Source of the DNA: Octopus vulgaris
Lineage: Eukaryota
Direction of reading: 5' to 3'
DNA length: 64,000 nt
Assembly: GCA_951406725.2 (NCBI GenBank)
Contig: OX597840.1
Span: forward strand, 32,984,001 to 33,048,000
The notes below the pieces were generated by a model. The model made no database searches and was not told where the DNA came from. It saw nothing but the letters and a program-made list of their open reading frames with translations. Position numbers and translations under genes: made by a program. Of the stretch, positions 55,346 through 64,000 are shown in pieces. The stretch's first letter is position 1. Every line of letters begins with the position of its first letter.

Positions 55346-55620
55346 CATGCATACATACATACATACATACATACATGCATTACATACATACATACATACA
55401 TACATGCATGCATACATACATACATACATACATTCATACATACATACATACATACATACATACATGCATACATACATACATGCATTCATACATACATACA
55501 TACATACATACATGCATACATATATACATACATGCATACATACATACATACATACATGCATACATACATACATACATGCATACATACATACATACATACA
55601 TACATACATACATACATACA

Positions 55621-55650
<30 letters not shown>
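54528..55650. repeat. (ATAC)n microsatellite, ~1.1 kb
   Basis: Direct inspection. Confidence 0.95.
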
Positions 55651-55656
<6 letters not shown>

Positions 55657-55659
55657 CAA

Positions 55660-55704
<45 letters not shown>

Positions 55705-55795
55705 CAACAATTGAGGGTAAAATTAATTAATTATTAATCAATTTCACCAAGTGTTCAGTATGCAAAGGGACCATTTAAGGCGAATTCAAATTATT

Positions 55796-56395
55796 ACATT
55801 ATATAAAAGGGCTTAGTAACATAAATTACTTTGCCGCATACTGAACTCATTAGAAATAGCAGCAAAAAACTTTTTAAAGCTATTTCTAATACTTAAAGAA
55901 AATCTCTCTCATATATAGCGTTTGCCTAATTCAACTCACAAAAGTTTGGGAGTAAGGACATTAAAAAATCAAATGCTAAGGTTATTTGAGTACGTACGTT
56001 TCAAGATTAGTCAAAACAACACTTCTATCTTCAGCTCAGAAATTCCTTGGTTTGGATTTGAAACACTGAAAGTAAGAACATACCCTTTCGAATCTTCGAA
56101 AGTGTATGTTCTTACTTTCAGTGTTTTCAAATCCAAACCAAGGAATTTATGAGCTGAAGAGAGAAATGTTTGTTTTAACTAATCTTGAAACGTACGTACT
56201 CAAATAACCTTAGCATTTGATTTTTTAATGTCCTTACCCCCAAACTTTTGTGAGTTGAATTAGGCAAACGCTATATATGAGAGAGATTTTCTTTAAGTAT
56301 TAGAAATAGCTTTAAAAAAGTTTTTTAGCTGCTATTTCTAATGAGTTCAGTATGCGGCGAAGTAATTTATTTTACTAAGCCCTTTTATATAATGT
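55796..56395. repeat. 600-bp near-perfect palindrome of Penelope-like sequence with a hammerhead in each arm
   Basis: ~300-bp arms centred on ttcgaa-tc-ttcgaa (56087-56100); hammerheads at 55987-56038 (-) and 56150-56202 (+). Confidence 0.9.
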
Positions 56396-56411
56396 TATAT
56401 ATATATATATA

Positions 56412-56590
56412 TATTTCTTTCTTACCCACAAGGGGCTAAACACAGAGGGGACAAACAAGGACAGACATAGGTATTAAGTCGATTACATCGACTCCAGTGC
56501 GTAACTGGTACTTAATTTATCGACCCCGAAAGGATGAACGGCAAATTCGACCTCGGCGGAATTTGAACTCACAACGTAACGCAGACGTTA
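56412..56590 (-). mobile_element. SINE-B, 5'-truncated, with Tx1-like tail, flanked by (TA)n
   Basis: tacccacaaggggctaaacacagaggggacaaacaaggacagac. Confidence 0.85.
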
Positions 56591-56596
56591 TATATA

Positions 56597-56850
56597 TCAT
56601 TGTTTAACGTCCGCTTTCCATGCTAGCATGGGTTGGACGATTTGACTGAAGTTTGGCGAACCAGATGGCTGCACCAGACTCCAATTTGATCTGGCAATGT
56701 TTCTACAACTGGATGCCCTTCCTAACTCCAACCACTCCAAGAGTGTAGTGGGTGCTTTTACGTGCCACCGGCACGAGAGCCAGTTAGGCGGTACTGGCAA
56801 CGACACGTTCAAATGGTGCTTTTTATGTGCCACCTGCACGGGAGCCAGTC
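56597..56850 (-). mobile_element. Probable SINE 3' portion, unclassified
   Basis: SINE-like block ggatgcccttcctaa..ccaacc and terminal gacgttaaacaatgat; single copy in this window. Confidence 0.45.
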
Positions 56851-57244
<394 letters not shown>

Positions 57245-57279
57245 GATAGATACACACCACACATACATACATACATACA

Positions 57280-57313
<34 letters not shown>

Positions 57314-57479
57314 CATACATACATACATACATACATACATACATACATGCACACGCACATACATACATACATATTGACATATCATTAAAAACAACGTTTT
57401 CCCTTTCATTCTGTCAGTGACGTCAGTTGTCAGACTGCGGCCATGCTGGAGCACCACTTTAAAGCGCGCGTTTGTGTGA

Positions 57480-57513
<34 letters not shown>

Positions 57514-57945
57514 CGCGCGTCTAACCTAGAGCGGACATGGCCCACGGACTCAGTAGACCCTCCAAGACCGGTGAGTTTGATGCCTTCAGTGTTCCGTATA
57601 ATGTATTGCACTTCGGTGGAAACCAGCAGAAATAACACGTGAGCAGGGTGAAGATTCCAGAGGGTGAGATATTCTGGGGAGGAAGGACGGGATAAAAACA
57701 TGTTTAGTGTGGATCTGAATGGGTTCGACCAATGATTCCCAACGGGGTGCATGGGGGAAATGAGGTGGGGACATAGGATCTCAAAATTCTCATTCTTTTA
57801 TTTTTAGTAGAACATGGAATTGTCAAATTCTTTTCCTCAACAGCAGACATATTCCACCTATACTCAGTTTGGCCAAACCAACCCTTCCATCCAAACAGGC
57901 TGTGCGAAGACTGCTACAGTATAGAACTATTCTAATGCTCTGATG

Positions 57946-58398
57946 TACTCTTTTACTTGTTTCAGTCATTTGACTGCGGCCATGCTGCAGCACCGCCTTT
58001 TGGCCGAGCAAATCGACCCCAGGACTTATTCTTTGTAAGCCCAGTACTTATTCTATCGGTCGCTTTTGCCGAACCACTAAGTTACGGGGACGTAAACACA
58101 CCAGCATCGGTTGTCAAGCGATGCTAGGGGGACAAACACCGACACACAAACATACACACACACACACAACACACACACACACACAACACACACACACACA
58201 CACACAAACACACAAACACATATATGTACATATATACGACGGGCTTCTTTCAATTTCCGTCTACCAGATGCACTCACAAGGCTTTGGTCGGCCCGAGGCT
58301 ATAGTAGAAGACACTTGCCCAAGGTGCCATGCAGTGGGACTGAACCCGGAACCATGTGGTTGGGAAGCAAGCGTCTTACCACACAGCCACTCCTGCGC
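57946..58398 (-). mobile_element. SINE-A full copy
   Basis: Reverse-complement match. Confidence 0.88.
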
Positions 58399-58423
58399 TT
58401 ATGATCACGAAAAGCAAAAAAAA

Positions 58424-58491
<68 letters not shown>

Positions 58492-58649
58492 AAATCTGGT
58501 GCTGCCTATCTGAAGGATTCTATCAAGATCTTGTTTATGGTTCTTTAAGAAATGGTTTCATCTTTTCCAAGGGAACCAGTTTCTGATTATTTTGGTGGAT
58601 TCTTAAGAAAAACTCGGCTCAAACATGTAGGAATGCAATACCGTCGCAT

Positions 58650-58965
58650 GTGGAGGCGCAATGGCCCAGTGGTTAGGGCATGGACTCGCGATCGGAGGAT
58701 CGCCGTTTCGATTCCCAGACCGGGCGTTGTGTGTGTTTATTGAGCGAAAACACCAAAACCTTCACGAAGGTCCGGCAGGGGGGGTGGCGACCCCTGTTGT
58801 ACTCTTTCGCCCCAACTTTCTCTCACTCTCTCTTCCTGTTTCTTGAGTAACGCTGCGATGGATTGGCGTCCCATCCAGCTGGGGGGAAGGGAACACATAT
58901 GCCACAGAAACCGGGAAACCGGACCCATAAGCCTTTCTAGGCTTGAAAAGGGCGCAAAAAAAAAA
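58650..58965 (+). mobile_element. SINE-C (tRNA head) with V-domain-like 3' part and A tail
   Basis: TGGCCCAGTGGttaggg, gtttcgattccc; ctgcgatggattggcgtcccatccag...cagaaaccgg. Confidence 0.75.
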
Positions 58966-59329
58966 CCGCCGCATAGTACAAAGAAACCTTCTCTGCTCAC
59001 AAGAGCGCGCTGTAGAACGAAGTACAGTGTGTAATACAGTGGAACCATTTAATGTTCTGAAGTGAAAATTGATATCTTGTTTTCTAATTAAGGCTTTCTG
59101 TTTTAATTAACTTCAGAGGATTTTTGAAGATTTATTTACTGTAATATAAGTGGGAAATTGAAACTGTGTGTGTGGGGGGTTTTTTTGTATGTATGTAGAC
59201 ATTTATAAACGCACATAAACACATACATACATATATACATACAAACATACATACACACAAACACATACATATATACATGCATACATACATACATACATAC
59301 ATACATACATACATACATACATACATACA

Positions 59330-59362
<33 letters not shown>

Positions 59363-59365
59363 GTA

Positions 59366-59563
59366 TGACAGAAACGTTAGCACGCTGGGCGAAATGCGTA
59401 GTCGTATTTCGTCTGCCGTTACGTTCTGAGTTCAAATTCCGCCGAGGTCGACTTTGCCTTTCATTCTTTCTGGGTCGATAAATAAAGTACCAGTTTCGCG
59501 CTGGGGTCTATGTAATCGACTTAATCCCTTTGTCTGCCCTTGTTTTCCCCTCTATGTTTAGCC
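59366..59563 (+). mobile_element. SINE-B, truncated at both ends
   Basis: Body match and partial Tx1-like tail. Confidence 0.8.
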
Positions 59564-59853
59564 TCTATAAGGAATCCACTTATAGGAATTCAACACGCTA
59601 GAAAGAACAGCTAGGTTCCATAACCACAAAATGAGGGATAAAATCCGACAGGAACGCAATGAAAAATAAAAACATTTACCATCTAGATGGTAATTTTTTT
59701 CATATAACAATTAGTGTACATTTAAACAGGAAGATGCGAGCCTTAACAGGTTGCTTAACATACTAGAAAGACCAGTCAAAATGTTCAAACCACAGTTAAG
59801 AGCAATTAGGCAACCTGTTAAGTCTTGCCTCTTTGTGCTTAAATACTCACACA

Positions 59854-59944
<91 letters not shown>

Positions 59945-59948
<4 letters not shown>

Positions 59949-60243
59949 CGTGACCGACCATGCTATCAGATGTTGCTACACATCGCTAGTCACAATGCGC
60001 TTCGCATTGTTTTAGCCTTCAAATGACGCCACCCCGCTGGCTAAGCGAGCAGGCCAACAGAAGAAAGAGTGAGAGAAAGTTGCGTCGAAACAGTTTAGCA
60101 GGAATAGTCACACTCCCTGCCGGAGCCTCGTGGAGCTTTAGGTGTTTTCGCTCAATAAACACTCACAACGCCCGGTCTGGGAATCGAAACCGCGATCCTA
60201 CGACCGCGAGTCCGCTGCCCTAACCACTGGGCCATTGCGCCTC
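59945..60243 (-). mobile_element. SINE-C head with an alternative 3' tail (tail fragment also at 41672-41795)
   Basis: Head nearly identical to the 58650 copy; tail ...ctgatagcatggtcggtcacggtga. Confidence 0.8.
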
Positions 60244-60807
60244 TACTACACTCACACACACACATTCTTTTAGTCTTTTAAACGTTTCAGTCTTGAGGCT
60301 TTGGCCATAGATATCCGCCACTACCGTCACCACATCTACACTAATACACAAACATTTCTATCTCCGCATATATGTGCCTACATGAACATATGTATGCATA
60401 TCCATATCTGCACATCTCTTATATAAAATCCGTTCTGTGTTTGTGTAAGCTACTTACAGCACAGCCACACATTTCATCATGTTTTTCTCGTTGAAGAAAA
60501 ACGCGAGGAAATGTTCGAAACATCATTAAACTGTTTTCTGCCTTCATTTCAACAATACGTGGCTCCTTTTACCCCATTACCCGAATCCCTGTGTATGTCA
60601 TTTTATAAAATACATTATACGTGTACAGGAGTTTAATGGGTTTCTATATCGGACAAAACTTTCTTTAATAGGGTCATAATTTCAGTCTAATTTCAAGTTT
60701 CATGTTTCAAACCATTCAGCGATCTTCAGGCGAGAACTGATGTTTGCAAATTCAGTTTCATGCTATATAAGAGCAGTATTTTCAGTCAGTTTTATATTTC
60801 GATTTAA

Positions 60808-61020
60808 GGCGTCGGGCTGGTAGAATCGTTAGCACGTGTGGCAAAATGCTTAGCAGCACTTCGTCCGTTAGTACGTTCTGAGTTCAAGTTCCGCCGAGGT
60901 CGACTTTGTTTTTCATCTTTTCTGGGTCGATAAAATAAGTACCAATTGAGTACTGGGTTCGATCTAACTGACTTTCCCCTTCCCTCGAACTCATTGACCT
61001 TGTATCTAATTTTGAAACAA
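60808..61020 (+). mobile_element. Older SINE-B variant with non-Tx1 tail and 13-bp TSD
   Basis: ATATTTCGATTTA at 60794-60806 and 61026-61038; tail ccttgtatctaattttgaaac. Confidence 0.75.
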
Positions 61021-61042
61021 ATTTCATATTTCGATTTATTCC

Positions 61043-61086
61043 ATCTGACGACGTGATCTAAACAAGATTATTGAAACGTACGTAAT
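61043..61086 (+). ncRNA. Minimal hammerhead motif
   Basis: at-CTGACGA-c-GTGATCT-aaaca-AGATTAT-t-GAAACGTACGTA-at. Confidence 0.6.
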
Positions 61087-61439
61087 AATATATTCGAAAT
61101 ATTACAACCTAACATCTCATAATAAAGGGTCTATAAATGAATGCCATTGTATACAATACATTATACGAGCACAGGAGTTTAACGAGGTTTCCATATCGAG
61201 AAGGGGATTCTTTTAAGACATTGTAAGTGAAAGGGATCATAATTCCCGCACCCAAAGTTTCATGTTAACGATCATTCAGTCGGTAACCCGAAACTGTTTT
61301 TATCTTGTTTAGATATACTTTTGAAATATTATATGAAAGTTATGAAGAAAACGCTTAAATGCATATGTGTATGTGTCCGTATATGTGTAAATATGCATAT
61401 ATATGGGTGGGTACATGCATTTATGTATGGCTATATCTA

Positions 61440-61943
<504 letters not shown>

Positions 61944-62406
61944 CACAGCTGTCTGAATTTAAGAAAAACATTGTAATATATACATGCAAACCATACACAC
62001 CAAACACGCCCACACATGCATTGTATAAACAGTCGTACACATTGCATACAGGTACACACAACACATACACATACAAACACCATATGTATATGTACGTGTA
62101 TACGTACATATATATACTCCGACACACACACACAGATACATACATCTATACATATACAACGGTCCGTATATTTTAAGTCACTGCGTAGTATTAAAATTTT
62201 TTATTTTTCTGTATAAGTCCCAACTCTCGGCATTCAAATGCGAACCCTCAAAAATAGAATAATCCTACTCTTTATCAGGCCCACCCAACGTACCCCACCC
62301 CCTTGTAATCACGTCTGTCTGTGCATATGTGTGTGTGTACATTTATGTGTGTATATATATATAGATAAATAGATATACAACATATATATGTGTATATATA
62401 TGTTTG

Positions 62407-62467
<61 letters not shown>

Positions 62468-62550
62468 TAATACAATTATTTTCGTAAAGCTTCCCGTTAT
62501 ATATATATATATAGCAGTGGAAACACACACACTATCTTTAATTATGTATT

Positions 62551-62582
<32 letters not shown>

Positions 62583-62587
62583 CCTGT

Positions 62588-62635
<48 letters not shown>

Positions 62636-63870
62636 GTATATATATATATAAATATATATTATATGTATATATATATGTAAGTATATATATATATGTGTGT
62701 GTGTATGTCTATATATATATGTAAGTATATATATATACATACACATGTATGTATGTACGTATATGTATGTATATGTGTCTATACATAAATTTGTATGCGT
62801 CTACTTTATTTATCTCTCTGTTTTCTCTCTCACTTACTCCCTCTCTACATACATATATGCATACATATACACGCACATGTATATATATAGCATATATATA
62901 ACAGATGTGTGTGTGTATGTCTGTATATCAGGTCGGCCTGTGACGGAAAGGCCTGGTCGAGGATTAAGGGTTTCTAGAAAAGGGATTTCAGAAAAGGAAG
63001 AGAAAAAATGGGGACAGACAGGCTCGAAAGAGGGAGACGCAAATAGACAGAAAGAGAGAGAGAGAGAGAGGGGGGAAGACAAAAAGAGAGGAAAAGAGAG
63101 AAAATCAGGAGACGCACTAAGTCTTCAAGTCCACTCCCACTACCACCACCAGCAACAGCAACAACGTTTTACTCCCCTTCCTACGCCTCCCTCTCTCTCT
63201 GTCCTTCCTCCTGCCCTTCCTCTACCAGCCATCCCTTCCTGAACAGCTAAAACCGTTCAGCCGCCATTGAAATGAGGTTTTTTTTCATTGTTATTCTTAT
63301 TTTTTTCCTGTTTTTTTTTTTCCATTTCACTTTACAACCAGCGCCCCCTGTCCCTCCTCTCACTTCGCCTCCACCACCGCCACAGATTCCGCCGCCACCG
63401 TTGCTACAATCTGACTTTCTCTGTATTTCCTCTCCTCCCACCGCTACTCCCTTTTCATTCCCTCCTTCCACACATTTCAATTTCTTACATTTTTTCAGGT
63501 TTTAGGGTTACTTTAGAAATTCTTTTTTTCTCATTCTAATCTTCCTATACCGAGGACTGTTTTCGGGGCTTTCCTTTCTCCATCCCCTTCATGTTCTCCT
63601 TCTTTTTAGGTTTCCTCCTCTTCCTCCTTTTTACATATATTCTTTTATTCCACTTCCACCTCCTCTTCATCCTTTCGCTCTTTCTCCTCATTATTTTTGT
63701 TCTTCAGTCTTCATCTTTCCTTCATTCTCGTTCTCTTCCTTCATCTTTTCTCTTTATTTTTCCACCTCCGTCCTCTTCTTTTTTATTTTTCTTTCTGTCT
63801 CATCCTCGTCCTTCTTTTTCTTCTTCTTCTTTTTCCTCTTCTTCTCCTCCTCCTTCTTTTTCTATTCTTC

Positions 63871-63902
<32 letters not shown>

Positions 63903-63938
63903 CTTCTTCTTCTTCTTCTTCTTCTTCTTCTTCTTCTT

Positions 63939-63969
<31 letters not shown>

Positions 63970-64000
63970 TTATTATTATTATTATTACTATCATCATCAT

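Noticed and set aside
58650-58725. tRNA-like sequences (also 48200-48272 and 60170-60243)
   Set aside because: A and B boxes are present but continue into SINE bodies; these are SINE heads, not tRNA genes.

Overview
Eukaryotic, repeat-saturated, apparently intergenic or intronic DNA. The microsatellite load and SINE families suggest a cephalopod (Octopus-like) genome; that is an inference. No host exon is supportable, and most ORF-track calls are microsatellite artefacts. Contents: (1) an intact ~5.3 kb Tx1-clade non-LTR retrotransposon (106-5399, minus; CCHC ORF1 plus APE/RT/zinc-finger ORF2), abutted by a second copy of its own 5' end; (2) a decayed RTE LINE with a 78-bp target-site duplication; (3) Tx1 and CR1 3' fragments; (4) at least four tRNA-derived SINE families; (5) non-autonomous Helitrons and MITEs; (6) about 11 minimal hammerhead-ribozyme motifs in Penelope-like remnants, several abutting (TA)n. 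Main leads: the 3' ~45 nt of the Tx1 LINE match the tail of an abundant SINE that forms tandem arrays with a fixed junction (candidate Tx1-SINE partnership); a hammerhead family carries a consistent non-canonical CUGUnGA core; and a 600-bp palindrome has one hammerhead in each arm. SINE-A/B/C and family A/B are my own labels. Coordinates were read by eye and may be off by a few bases.
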